A stretch of DNA of 63,258 bases, filler included, from Chiloscyllium plagiosum (lineage: Eukaryota): NCBI RefSeq assembly GCF_004010195.1. It is 4 parts of one record of this genome, joined end to end, with 100 filler letters (N's around TTAATTAATTAA, not from the genome) between each part and the next. Parts side by side here need not be neighbours in the genome. Positions count along the whole stretch, not along the records: positions 1 to 28,903 come from NC_057715.1; positions 29,004 to 43,979 come from NC_057715.1; 2 more parts are not named here. The stretch is one strand, 5' to 3'. The notes under the pieces are model-generated. The model had not been told where the DNA came from. It did not search any database and was given only the letters and a program-made list of their open reading frames with translations. This document shows, in pieces, positions 25,830 through 38,984 of this stretch. Every line of letters begins with the position of its first letter. Position 1 is the first letter of the stretch. A program made the translations under genes and the position numbers.

Positions 25830-26017
25830 ATTGTATGTTTTCGAGGAGAAGTTGGACATAGCAGCTGGGGCTAAAGGGATCGAAGGACATGGGATGGGAT
25901 AAGGGAGGCAGGAATAAACTATTGAGTTGGATTTTCAGCCATGATTATAATGAATAGTGGAGCAATCTCAAAGGGCTGATTGGCCGAATCCTGTTCCTAT
26001 TTTCTATGTTTCTATAT
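25830..26017 (+). mobile_element. CR1 3' end fragment (older subfamily)
   Basis: TCAGCCATGAT...GAATAGTGGAGCA...AGGGCTGATTGGCC...TCCTATTTTCTATGTTTCTAT tail. Confidence 0.65.
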
Positions 26018-26219
26018 GCTCTGTAGAAAGTTAAACTGTGGCATAGTGCCAACAGATCAGGTGGCATGAGAGATGCTTCGTACACGACCAACATACCCAT
26101 GCCCTCTTTGATAGATGCTATTTCTGGAAGCTTCTTTTGCACCAGTAGAATACCAATGGAATCACAACGATATGTGAATTCATGTCTAATCCTTATACAG
26201 GCTGAGTTTATTTTAAAGA

Positions 26220-26493
26220 TTAGATTCACTACAGTGCGGAATCAGGCCCCTCGGCCCAACCAGTCCACAAAAGAGTAACCCACCCAGACCCATTTCCCTC
26301 TGACTAATACACCAAACACTATGGGCGATTTAGCATGGCCAATTCACTTAACCTGCACATTTTTGGATTGGGGGACGAAACCCACACAGACACGGGGAGA
26401 ATGTGCAAACTCCACATAGACAGTCACGCAAGGCTGGAATCAAACCTGGGACCATGGTGTTGTGAGGCAGCAGTGCTAACCACTGAGCCACCA
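26220..26493 (-). mobile_element. HE1-like SINE
   Basis: Reverse complement begins GGTGGCTCAGTGGTTAGCACTGCTGCCTCAC; V-domain present. Confidence 0.85.
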
Positions 26494-28526
26494 TGCATAT
26501 CACATTTCACATAGTGAAATGAAAGCATGCCAAGATGATCAGCAACAGTTTCTGTAGGAATTACAAAACCCAGATGGAAGGATTGAGGCAATACCATCAA
26601 AGTCTGGATCAGTAGAGGGAAAGATGGAAAAAGCTTTAACCCAGTGAAAGTAATGGTTAACAGCAATTAAATACTTGGATGCATCTTCTTGCAGTTCTGT
26701 TGCTCTGTTGGCATAAAAGGCTGAAGTAACACAGAGGAAATCCTTCATAGCAAGCAACACATGCATCACATCTTCAGGAGTCATCCAATAGAAAGGCAAG
26801 TGCTACGTTGCATCATCTCATTTCTGTATACTCATGTCTGCACCTATTGGTTTCCTTCTCTGCAGACCAGTTACTGCTTAATCTCTTGTAACTTCACCTT
26901 AAAGAATGTTTTTAGATCCCTTCCAGAAATTTTCTAAATTTTGTCCCAGCCTCTCTTGTGAAATTCTCTGAAATTGTCTCCATTCCTTTGAATTTTAGGA
27001 GATGTTCTTTTCCTCCTAATGTTAGCAACTAGAACAGGCGTGAGGGGCTGAATGGCCTACTCCTGTTCCTTTATTAACCCTAGTCTCACTTGAGTTTACA
27101 TTGGAAGCTCTGAATAATTATGTTAGACTGTTACTAACACCTGAAATTCAAACAAGCCTGAAAGTAATGCCATCAATTTCAAATGGTTTTACATCAGAAG
27201 ACAAAAAATCTCCCCATTGTCATTCTCTGATATATTATTAAAATACTGCATGTCAGAGGAATATTCCCTGAGCATTCATTATCCAAAATAATAATTAAAT
27301 CTTATCACAGAATGTTGCCCTTTCTAATAATTTAAAATCTAGATTAATGGTAGTTCATGTATGCTTATCATAATCATAAACCTGCAGCCATTTGCATGCT
27401 GACTAAATTAAAAAGAGAATTAGAAGATTTCTGAGGAAGATCAATGAGGCATTTATTCAGATAATCCTTATAACTATAACAGTCTGATTAAATCTTCTGA
27501 GGCAGTTATTAGATGCAGCTTGATGTAGGATAGATAGTAGATGCTTCCAAGAAAGTCGTAATGATTATGATCTAAGATAATAAAATGAATGGTAGCCAGA
27601 AGATGCTATTCTAAAGATTAATGTTAGATGAAAAAGGAAATGTTAACTAAATCCAGAATAATAGAGAGAGCAAGGCCAGAGATATGAAATACAATAGCTC
27701 TTCCACTTAGTATATTTGTGGAAAGAACGAGGCCAGTAAAACTTCCATTTTAGGAATTTTTCTGTTGTATTTTCATTGAAAGTAAACTAATTTTTAAAAT
27801 AATCAATATAATTTCATGGATCCTTTGTAACTATGGCTGCTTTGCAATGCTCTATTAACTACCAGCTAACAAATTATTGCCAATTGCAACTGTTATATGC
27901 AAATGTTAATTATTGGTACTTTCATTGTAGTTCCTTTTCCATCATAAGATCAGAGCACATTTGGCTCTGCCAGTGTTTATTGCCCATCCCTAACTACCCT
28001 GAAGAAGGTGGGGGTGAGCTATTTTCTGGTACTGCTTTTGTTCTGGTACATTGTCAATGTAATTAGTGAGGGAGTTCCGGGATTTTGACCCTTTTCCTGT
28101 CAAGGAATATGATAAAGTTCTGAGTCCAAATTATACTTGACTTAGAAGGGAACATGCAGGCTGTTATGCCTCCAGGCAGCTGATACCCTTATCCTGGTGG
28201 GCAGTAGAGGTACCAATTTTAGGTTGGAACTCATAACATTATCAAGCCTAGAGTTTGTATCAGATACTGAACACCTTATTTAATGTTTCCCATTTAAGAA
28301 CACTTTTAGTGATTAAAGGAGGACATTCTTGACTGGAGTCTTGTTGACATGCAGAAAGAATATTTATGTTAGATATAAATTAGCAAATCTACCAATAAAT
28401 CTGCTTAAAGACTTTGGGAATTCACTTAAACATCTCTAAAGGTGGCCTTCTTATAGTATGCTGGTAGTAATTTTGCTCAGTGTTTAAAGATAAAAACTGG
28501 AATTTTCAAGTTAATACTTCCATTTA

Positions 28527-28800
28527 CCAATGGTTACGAGTTACCCCGTTGAAACCAATAATTGTTTGTCTTTCTTGACATCTATTTTTCTCACAAATGA
28601 GGTATGGTGATACTGGAACAAACTACACTCAAAGTTCATGCCCTTCTGTGGAACCACTTTCCTCCAATGGTTACGAGTTACCCCGTTGAAACCAATAATT
28701 GTTTGTCTTCCTTGACATCTATTTTTCTCACAAATGAGGTATGGTGATACTGGAACAAACTACACTCAAAGTCCATGCCCTTCTGTGGAACCACTTTCCT
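28527..28800. repeat. Direct tandem duplication, 2 x 137 bp
   Basis: 28527-28663 and 28664-28800 differ at two positions. Confidence 0.9.
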
Positions 28801-28820
28801 GAATGGAAGCTAAATTTCTA

Positions 28821-29167
28821 TGTAAAAACAATGACTGCAGATGCTGGAAACCAGATTCTGGATTAGAGTGGTGCTGGAAAAGTACAGCAGTTCAGGCAGC
28901 ATCNNNNNNNNNNNNNNNNNNNNNNNNNNNNNNNNNNNNNNNNNNNNTTAATTAATTAANNNNNNNNNNNNNNNNNNNNNNNNNNNNNNNNNNNNNNNNN
29001 NNNCTCTATGCTACTTTCTCCCCACCCCCACCCTCCTCTCATTTATCTCTCCACCCTTCAGGCGCTCTGTCTCTATTCCTGATGAAGGGCTTTTGCCCGA
29101 AACATCGATTTTCCTGCTCATCAGATGCTGCCTGAACTGCTGTGTTTTTCCAGCACCACTCTAACCC
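28821..29167. mobile_element. Fold-back PLE family A remnant spanning a gap
   Basis: Inverted arms; perfect 13-bp TSD AGCTAAATTTCTA (28808-28820 / 29168-29180); hammerhead-like CTGATGA-A-GGGC-TTTT-GCCC-GAAACATC at 29079-29106. Confidence 0.85.
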
Positions 29168-29211
29168 AGCTAAATTTCTAAACCAATTAGTCGTTAATTT
29201 ACAGAACCTCT

Positions 29212-29452
29212 GTGTTCTGGAAAGACCACTCCCTCCGTGACTCCTTCGTCAGGTCCACACCCCCACCAACCCAAACTCCACTCCCGGCACCTTCCCCTGC
29301 AACCGCAAGAAATGCAAAACTTGCGTCCACACCTTCCCCCTTACTTCCCTCCAAGGCCCCAAGGGATCCTTCCATATCCGTTACAAATTCACCTGCACCT
29401 CCACACACATCATTTACTGCATCCGCTGCACCCGATGTGGCCTCCTCTACAT
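29212..29452 (+). pseudogene. PLE fragment: Cys-rich linker and start of the GIY-YIG endonuclease
   Basis: Translation across frameshifts gives KDHSLRDSFVRS...GTFPCNRKKCKTC...FTCTSTHIIYCIRCTRCGLLYI. Confidence 0.85.
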
Positions 29453-30746
29453 AATGCTTTTTCATATGAGACAGTTATCCTTTGAAGAGGCCTGCTGGCC
29501 CCCAGAAAGTATTGTACTGTAGTGTCTGTGAGGGAAAAGATGCTGAAAGTTCCTCTGAACTGCTTACATTAGTTTAGTTGAGATTCTGATTGTAATTTTT
29601 CAGATGACCACTCCTCGTACCTTAGGATATTTGTGCTATGACAGAGACAGAGACAGTCAGCCAAATCAAATCCTTCCTTCATCTGTGTTAACTACAAGTA
29701 AAATTAAACCATCAAATATCCCTCAATAGTTTTGAACAAAAAATTCCAAACTTTGTGAATAATTAATTTCTACATGTTGACTTTGTATCTTAGAAAACTT
29801 AACTGCTTATTAAATATGCAATAACTGTAACAATCAATAATATGGTAATGTAATTAATGTCTATGTTTTAAACCTAACATTTGTTTTTAGCCCACAGTCA
29901 CACAAGATAGACAAACAAACGCAACTAAGGGGTAAATGAAAGAAAATAACAAAATTGGTCAGTCAACTTAAATGATTTTCAAAATATGTTGTTTTGCGGG
30001 CATCGATGTGGACTCCTTGGCTGCTTTCTGGAATGGCCAGTAAGGCAAAGTCAGCAATATATATCCAATTCAGATTCTCACTTTTCGGGCTTCTGGAAAC
30101 TGGTGTAGAAGATTAGAAAAGATGTTTTCAAACTGTCATACTGTGTTGTCAACAGCCAAGCTCATCTCCCCTTGTAGCAATTCAATTCTGGTTCTGGCCT
30201 GACAGGCTGACCATCTTTTTCTGGGCTTCAATTACCATTCAATGTTTTTCATCTGCTTGAAGTTAGATGTCTTCTAGACTTGCTGGAACCAATTCCAAGT
30301 ATTGACTGCACTAATGGTCAACTTCTGTTACTTGTTTAAATACAATGCTCTTCCCAGGGTCGCTATATCTGTGGGAATCCTTTTAATTAAGATCAGCCTG
30401 CAATTACTCTCCAGGCCTGGTCCCATAAACAAACAAAGCGTGTTTGATCTATTCTTTTTCTTTTATCACAAGCTGTCCCAAAATTTCCGAGAAATTTTCA
30501 GATCGCAATTTCCTGTTAACAGCTGCAAGCCAAAATTGATAAAAGAATAAAAATAATGAAAAATCAGTGACAGTTATAAGGTTTGCAACCTCTGCCACTG
30601 AGTAAGGGTTCCCCTTCATCATTTACTTTCACCAATGCTCCTTGGTCTATGCATTGACTCGACCCTATCATCTGATTAGCGGCTGGGGATTCACTACTAT
30701 AGAGTATCTGCAGAAAAGGCTCTAAACGTTTAATTGAAAACGTTTA

Positions 30747-31210
30747 TGTAAGGATCACAACGTACAATTAGATGTGGTCAGACGTCATTATTGGGAACTT
30801 GGAAAACTGGTACAGATGTATCTGCTCCCTCGGAAAGTTAGAGAAGAAACTCCTTGTCTTCATCCATAGACTATGACATCAGGAGAATAGTTGGGTCAAT
30901 GTATTATGAACACTGAGTTATGTATCACAATCAGCATGCCCATGCACCTTTAGGAGACCTTTTCATTCTGTCGTCATGTATTGTAGCATGTGACGTGAGA
31001 GTATAAAACTCTCATTCTTCAACTTATCTCGGACCACTTGTGACGTGACACTATTGGATGCAGTGTTATATTCCAATAGTTTAATGTTAGCCAAGGCACT
31101 TATTTGCCTGTGAATACAATAGTTGTACATAATAATTAGTTGTAATAAATGTCTGTTAGATTCTTCAGCACCACTATATCAACATCTGGCTAATGTTGTT
31201 AGACATAACA
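30747..31210 (+). mobile_element. Probable solo LTR
   Basis: TGTAAG...CATAACA termini, TATAAA near 31003, AATAAA near 31144; no clear TSD. Confidence 0.45.
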
Positions 31211-32292
31211 TAAGCATAGCCACATCAGGTAAAACACCTTTCCAGAGGTAAACTCTCAAAACAAACATTAACCCCTTCAGAACAATTACTTTATGCGATG
31301 TTGACCAATTCTCTAACAGAGCATTGGCTTCCATCAGGGTAGGTCAGAAATACTAGAGTAACTGCAGCTGGAGAAATTTGCAATTGCTTTTTGCTTTTCT
31401 GTCCACTGGTATTGTGGCTATCATTTGCAGCAAGGTCCAAATACTGGGGAAGGTGGAGGATGGTGACAAGTACAAGAACTTCAAAGTAATTTTATTTTAT
31501 GTTATCTTCAGCTTGCTGTGAAACCTCCTTAGGCATCCTGACCTATGAAAATGTTTAGTGCAAGCTTGTTAGCTCCAAACTCTTTAGCTTTCCTAATTAC
31601 TCCCAGTGCCATCTATAGGAAACACTACATTAACTTTATTTAAAGAGATCCTCAGAAATATTCAGTGAAGTCTCTTGCAGATTTCAAGCTGTTTGCAGAT
31701 TTGGAGGCTTATTTTGTGGCTAGAGGTATCCCTTGCCCTACACAAACATGGTGTTAATTATAAATGGTGATCAAAACTGGCTGTGTCAATAATTTATTTC
31801 AACATTACTTCTTTCCCCTTGCACTCTGTTCTCCTAATTAAAAGAAGCTAAAGTTTTTTTCACATCACTTAGTTACTTGAATTCTAACTGAGCCATTTGT
31901 CCTGATTATACTGCTGGAACTGATTCTATGGGAATGAAAACACTCAATGTGGGTCATACAGTAGCTCCTACCTTTGTCTAGTTGCAGCTCTCTTGTATCC
32001 AGTGACTCACAGAAATGCTAATTGTATACAGCCTTCTAAATTTCATACAGCTCTTGATATCTGAGCTTTTGGAGGTGGATGTCAGATCAAGAGATGGACC
32101 CGTAGTATAATTGTGTACCCCTCTCCACTCAAAGCTTGAAACCACCTAGGTCAAAAAAGTCCATTTGACGGATATGACATTCACTCTTCCAACAACAATG
32201 CACAACAACAGCAGCATGTACTACCTACAAGATATACTGCTGAGTTTTATCAATGGTTCTAAACTTCTAAACTCATCAACACTATTTTTTTT

Positions 32293-32495
32293 TAGATTAC
32301 TTACAGTGTGGAAACAGGCCCTTCGGCCCAACAAGTCCACACCGACCCGTTGAAGTGCAACCCACCCAGACCCATTCCCCTACATTTACCCCTTCACCTA
32401 AGGCAATTTAATTTGGCAAATTCACCTAACCTGCACATTTTTGGACTGTGGGAGGAAACCGGAGCACCCGGAGGAAACCCACGCAGACACAGGGA
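32293..32495 (-). mobile_element. 5'-truncated HE1-like SINE inside a decayed CR1-group 3' fragment (about 32170-32610, +)
   Basis: GTGTGGAAACAGGCCCTTCGGCCC tail and V-domain GGAGGAAACCGGAGCACCCGGAGGAAACCC. Confidence 0.85.
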
Positions 32496-33450
32496 GGACA
32501 AGGGCAGCAGATAAATGGAAGCAACATCATCTACAATAAGGTTCCCTCCAAGCCAAACTGCCTTGGAAATATATTCAGGTTTGCTGGATTTAAATCCTAG
32601 AACTCCATCCATGGTAAAGTTATTATAGTTTCAGAGGACTATAGATTGCTCTCTCATTAGAGAGAGAGAGAACTAGTGATGGTTAAACTGAGGATCACCA
32701 CACTTCATGCAAGGGGAGAGGCTAAGAAGGCAGAACCCTCATGGTAACCATAGCCAGTGAATCTTGTGACTACTGCTTGTAATACATCAGCTCTAAAGTT
32801 TATTTTTACACAAAGTTGATTTCCAGCTTTTCCTATAATTTAGCAGGATCTCTCTGGTACTCTTGAGGCAAGCCTGAAGTGTTGTCTCTGCGCAACTCCT
32901 CTTTATCAACTGAAGTTTTTGTTTTCATACCTTGCTAATCTCGTTCTGCAACAGCTAAATGGAAAGAGCCTGGCACAATGCTATGATTAACTAGCTTTAA
33001 TTTGAATAGGACAGATTTGCATTCCAAATCATGAGAGGGAATTGGTCGTTAGTGTTCTAATGTTCCCTGTTTTCTGTGATGTCTCGGGGTTGCTTTTGTT
33101 TTCAAACTTAGCTTTATATTGTTTCCAACTACAACTTGTACCTTTTCTGTTACAAAGCACACACTCACAGTTTGTGTAGCAATTTTTCCCCCTGACATCT
33201 CAGTGCAAACATTAAATTTTATTCTGCTTTATTCCTGCCTGAAATTTCTTTCCTGCAGTATTCAATCTTGCGTTATAGCCTTGTTTTTTTCTGAAAAAAG
33301 AAAATCCCAGGTCTGAGTGCCATATTGTCTGTTCCTTGTGCTATGAGTAACACATTGAGTGGCATGTATTCAGTATAATTGAGAAGTTCAACAGATTTAT
33401 TAATAGTTTAGTTTGGTTTCCAGATAGCTCTGTATGTAACCTTCTCCCAG

Positions 33451-33596
33451 CATGATTTGGAGATGCCGGTGTTGGACTGGGGTGTACACCAGGTTATAGT
33501 CCACTCCTGATGAAGGAGTGTCGCTCCGAAAGCTAGTGTGCTTCCAATTAAACCTGTTGGACTATAACCTGGTGCTGTGTGATTTTTAATTTTGTA
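33451..33596. mobile_element. Fold-back PLE family B remnant
   Basis: Direct repeat TCTCCCAGCATG at 33443-33454 / 33597-33608 (partly overlapping the element end); inverted CCAGGTTATAGTCCA / TGGACTATAACCTGG. Confidence 0.8.
33504..33538 (+). ncRNA. Minimal hammerhead ribozyme motif (PLE family B), intact core
   Basis: CTGATGA-A-GGAGT-GTC-GCTCC-GAAAG-CTA-GTG; palindromic stem III AGCT; CUA triplet. Confidence 0.65.
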
Positions 33597-36500
33597 TCTC
33601 CCAGCATGCTTCTTGATAGAGTGCACACAACAATTGTCATATGGTTTACCTTCTTCGCCTTGACACATTACCATTTCAACATCTTAAAACACACAGGCCT
33701 TAAAGAAATAACACAGGGCATGTTCTGCAAGATTCTCATCCATATGATCAAATTGAACATGCACCTGCTGGTCTGCAAAGAAGTAAGAGATAAAAATTTA
33801 TTGTGTCTTGCCCACTACGTTTCAGGGTTGGAGGATAAGATGTAATTGTGAACTTCTGATTCAGCAGCAAGAACTCAACAAATTATTTATGCTGACACTA
33901 GGCCAAATGATCATGGATTAATTGATAACTAGTTTACTTGCTTGCTCTAATCAGAAACTGGTCAAATGAAATGATGAATAATGGAGGAACATCTCATTTT
34001 TCATTCCAGTATTGGAAATACTTCAATTTGATTGTTAGTGCAGGCTGCTGATGTTTACGCACATGTAGCCTAAGGGCAACACACATTGTTTATGTGAGAA
34101 ATAAGTCTTTAAAATTATTTGGTAACTCTGTCGGATTGCAACAAATGCTGTCAGATAAAATTTGTTTAACAACTTATTTAACACCTTTAAAATAAAAAAA
34201 ATCACAAAGTGCTTTTTCAAATTTATTCTTTCATGAGTTTGCTGGTGAGCTGAGCCCTTATTACCAATCCCTTAGAGTCATGTCTGACCAGTCCAGGTGA
34301 AGAGACCTCTGTGAACAAGACAGTTTATTTGCCAAAATTGATTTATGGTATTGTAGTCACTATTGCAGAGACTAGCTTTAGAATGTCAAGATTTATACAT
34401 AGAACTTAAATTCTGTCATCCACTGTGGTGGAGTTTGAACAGCAGGCCTGGGCCTCATGGGATATCAGTTTAGTGGCATCTACATGATACCAGCATCTTC
34501 CTGTGTATTCATTAGCATGTCACAAATACTTTTTTAACATTTCAAGCTACTGGAGATATGTGCACAGGCACAAGCTTGTACGACAGACATGGGAAACATG
34601 TGTGTTCACAAATTCAACTATATATTGTATACATGTGAGGAATGTAATTGATAGAATAGACTTCTTTTTCCAAGCCCCCAGTGAGCGCAAACCTTTTGGC
34701 TCCTTCATAACCAAGCCACGTTTAATTTTCAAACACTTATTGTGTAAGGCCAACTAGCTCATCTGAAGTGTCAGTCGTACACAGTCTTGCACGTAGTTTT
34801 TAAGCACTTAGAGTGTAAAAACTGAAGCCTTATTTGCTCAACCATGTAATGAGGCTTCTCGGTCATGTGTGGTCTTATTTCTAGTTTTTAAATGCTTCGA
34901 GTGTAAGGGGTGAAGCCTCACTAGTCAACCACCTCATACATCTGTCAAAATTGTAAGCTGCCTATTAAATGTGGAACACACAGTGGGATAGTTAAGTATG
35001 CCAGGAAGGGAAAGTGAGTAGGTGAACTGAATAAGGGGTCACATACGGATAAAGCTGGGCACAGGGATGTGAGTGATATGAGGAGGAAGAACAGGAAGAT
35101 TGAGGGAGATGGTAATTGTCACAGGAGAAGACTGAAGGAGAATGGAAGGAATACCAGAAGAATGGTGAAGGCTAACTATAATGATCTGAGAAAATTAACT
35201 TCTAAAAGAGAAGGGTAAAGGATGAAAGCATTGAAGCAAAGCTTTAGAAAGGCTATTTTTCTCGATAGTGTTCTTCTATAAAAAGTGACACTTGAAGAAA
35301 ACACAGAGCAGAAGCTTTTGGGTCTGGGCTTGGGACAATGATTCAGGGACTGCATAGAAAAATGTGAAGATTTGCTTGAGTCATAAAACATCACTGAAGA
35401 CTTTGTTAAGATATTGCTGCTTGATGTGTAGCTGACAGTAGCTAAATGAGGGCTTTCTCATTAGTGTCCAATCACTCCCTTCAGCACAGGTTTGTTCACC
35501 TTCTCTCTTGCCTGAGGCATTGATGGAACATGGTACCAGTTTATGCTGGGCTTTTAACACCAGGTGTGGGTAGGAGCGATGAGCAAAAGTTGAGTGATAC
35601 CCGTAAGTTGCTAGTCGGATGTCTTTTATATCTGGTGCCCAGAGGTTGAAGCCTGGAAGGTACCACCAATTAATGAACGTGCAATGATGTGAAAAGAAGG
35701 TAATGACACAACAAAACCAAACCAACCATCAGCAGAATTATCTCTTGATTTTATGCACCCTCACCACACAAATTCTCAAAATCTACATTCTGTCTCAAAT
35801 TTTACTTGAATATCCCTATACCGAAACTGTTCATGTAGCAGTCTCTTGGACCTATTAAGAAATGAATCTATATCTGGAGATTTTGTGGAGACAAATTCAT
35901 TTTTGCATATCAACTTGTGCTATCAACATGGTTTCAAGATTCATATTGTGGGGAGAGCTATTGAAGTGTTGTTTCTTTTTCATTACTTTAGCAAGTAATT
36001 AGAAGTTGTTTATTCTTGCAATGGATGTAAACCTGACTGGCAAGGCTAGCATTTGTGCCCATTTCTAAATGCTCCTGAACTGATACGATTGCTGGGCCAT
36101 TTTCATAGGGCGATGAAGAGTCAACTACACTACTGTCAATCTGGTGTCAATCAGCTATGGCGGGATTTGATTTTCATTTCCCGACGGTGGTGCTTTTCAA
36201 ATATTTTCTCATTGTAGCCCCATTTTGAGGTTTGAGTGTTAGTACAATCTTTTGGTGAAAACTGTGAGAATGAGGGCCTGTTAGGATGGAACCACAACTT
36301 TTGGAACTTGGTCAGAGTCCCACAGTGACCATCTCCTGACCTCAAAGCTTTACCTTGCAATCCTAGTCCTGACACACCCTTTAGTGATTGTGTCCTAGAG
36401 CATTAGACTGGGTTTCTGGGTTACTAATCCAGTTACATCACTCCTAGGCCACTCTTTCCCTTTAAAATAATTAAAACCTTGAATCAACTGTGTGGAAAAT

Positions 36501-38501
36501 ACTGCAGATGATCTACTGGTGAAATAATGGATACACAACTTTGAAATTTATATCAATAGAGGTTGAGTTAATCTGTAAACATAAGAGCCAACTCCCAACT
36601 GTTACAGCACAAAAGTCTGAAACAACTTGGCCACTTCATGAGTTTACATTGTTTTGCTTAGTGTAAGTCCCTCACAAAATGTGAATTATGCAGTCCTGAC
36701 TTTCAATTAGTTAATTATAATACCAATGTTGTTATGAAGCTTTACACGAAACATGATAGTTGCGTTCCTGTGCAATCCTGCACTACACAAAAATCATGAA
36801 ATACAAATAACACAAAGTTTTGGCAATGCAATTGTGTTATAGCTAACACACACCTTAAAAGTTTGCACTTTAGAAACAGTGTTCCCTATTCACCCAATCA
36901 CATTATAGTCAATTCACGTTAACGAAAGACACATTAAAGCAGAACTGACTGTATTTCCATTTATTACGAAATCAAAAAACAAATTGTCAAAGGGCACATC
37001 CTTTTCCTACATTCCTTCCTTTCTGACACTTAAATGGTTTTTGTCACTTAACTTCCTTTTTACTAATATTAGTGAAATGTATCATGTCCCCTTGACAGCA
37101 CATTGAAAAAAAATCATGAGATTAGGAACCCTGTTCACCCATTAACTGAGTTGAATGCTATAAGAAAATATGTTTGAACATTGCAATTGATTGTACCATT
37201 GGACTGCTAGCTCCTTCACAGGATATTTTAATTAGTGCACAGGTAACAGCAATTAATTTGCAAATAGTCCTCCCAGCATCATTCTGAGCTAACAATAATG
37301 GGTTTACAAAAAAAACCTGAAAAATTATTGATTTGATATGTAAGTTAGAAAAACTTACTTTGGCGACTGTTGGTGCAATGCATTCAAAGCAGACGTACTG
37401 TCTATGTTCAGCAAATATTAAGCACTATGTTTCACTGCGCCTGACAAATGGAGACTGTTAACAGAGAATGCTGAAAGGGATGGTTTTACTTATAAAATAT
37501 TAACTTCGCATTTAATGAAATTATCGATGTGTGAAAGCATGCAGCAAGAAGAAGGACAGGCTTTTCTTTTAGTTACCTAAAATAACAGTATACTAATGGT
37601 GGATTCAACAATTTCTGTGAGCTTATCAGAATTAGGGTCACAATGTTCAATTTATTCAAAATTATCCATTCAGGGCAGTTTGAATGTGTGCGGTGTTAAG
37701 CACATGAACAGCTGTCTAGTGATACTGAAACAATTAGCAAACGCTGCCAGTTTTCGAAGATTAAGTTGTACTATGCAAAGGATTGCTTATTACACTTTGC
37801 TTAGATGTACATTCTTGAGGAAAAATCTGCTTTGAAGAAAAAACAACTAAATGTTTTCTGTTTGATTTTCCTTCAAATGAGAAATAAGAAATGCAAAGCT
37901 AGTAAGAACAGCAGATTATAATTTTCTATTTGAGATATTACCTTGTGATAAAACCTTACATTTAATAACACTTCTCAGAGGCATAATTAGGAAAATGAAA
38001 TGAACAACAGGTCAAAGATTGTAACTATTATGAGGTAACCAAATGTTTGTTGTGTCTTAAGAGCATTTAAAGAGAAAAGAGAAAAGCAGAGAGACAAATA
38101 TATTTGAAGAAGTAACCTCCAATCGTACGATCTAAATTATGAATTCTCAATTGTGCTTTGTAAGGTAAATGGAGGGGGTGAGGAACAAAAGACCAGACTT
38201 TGAGGAACAGAGATACGTTAGAGAAATAGCCACACAAGTGTCAGACACTGACTATCTCTGACAAGACAGAATCCAACTATTTGAATTACCAGCACTGATT
38301 GCATCACTTTCAATATCCTGGGGATTACTGTTGACAATAAGTAAACTCGACTAGTCAAATAAAAACTACTGTAGCTAAAAACAAAGCTGCCAGTTCTCAC
38401 AAAGCCATACACTCCTGACTGGGAACTAAAGTGCCATTTCTTCAACAGAGCTGAGTCAAAATTCTGGGTCAATTCTATGGCTGTCCATGTACCACATTCA
38501 G

Positions 38502-38830
38502 TGGGAGACAATAGCCGAGTGGTATTATCACTGGATTGTTTATCCAGAAACTCAGCAAATGTTCTGGGGACTCGGGTTCAAGTCCTGCCATGGCAGATGG
38601 TGGAATTTGAATGCAATAAAGAATTTGGAATTAAGAGTCTATTAGTGACCATGAAATTATTGTTGATTGTCAGAAAAGCCCATGAAGTTCAGTAATATCC
38701 TTTAGGGAAGGAAATCTGTCATTCTCCCCTGATCTGACATACACGTGGCTCAAGATACACAGCAATGTGGTTGACTCTTAAATGCCCTCTGCCCAATGAA
38801 TGTTGCCCAACTCATGAATGAATTTTTTAA
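38502..38830 (+). mobile_element. tRNA-derived SINE whose tail resembles the 3' end of the 48345-52820 LINE
   Basis: A box TAGCCGAGTGG, B box GGTTCAAGTCC, body shared with 53175-53490. Confidence 0.75.
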
Positions 38831-38984
38831 AATGTGCATCATTTCAAGAATGCAGCTCACCGTCATCTCATCTAGGGTAATTAGGAATGTATAGCAAATT
38901 TTAGCCTAGTCAATGATATTCACTTAGAACTGTAAAGCAGGGAAACATACCCTTTGGTCCAACTCATTCATGCCATCCAGATAA

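Noticed and set aside
26539..26799. 86-aa minus ORF in unique-looking DNA
   Set aside because: No recognisable domain or exon boundaries.
28948..28959. TTAATTAATTAA in the middle of N runs (also 44024-44035 and 60070-60081)
   Set aside because: Each is 44 N + 12 bp + 44 N = 100 bp, and the 12-mer has stops in all six frames. It is an artificial scaffolding spacer, not biology.
29634..30572. Possible TG...CA bounded solo LTR
   Set aside because: No TSD and no second copy in the window; boundaries unsupported.
31360..31445. Weak likeness to a PIF/Harbinger transposase segment (EKFAIAFCF/LSTG)
   Set aside because: Needs a frameshift, and no DDE motifs or TIRs were seen nearby.
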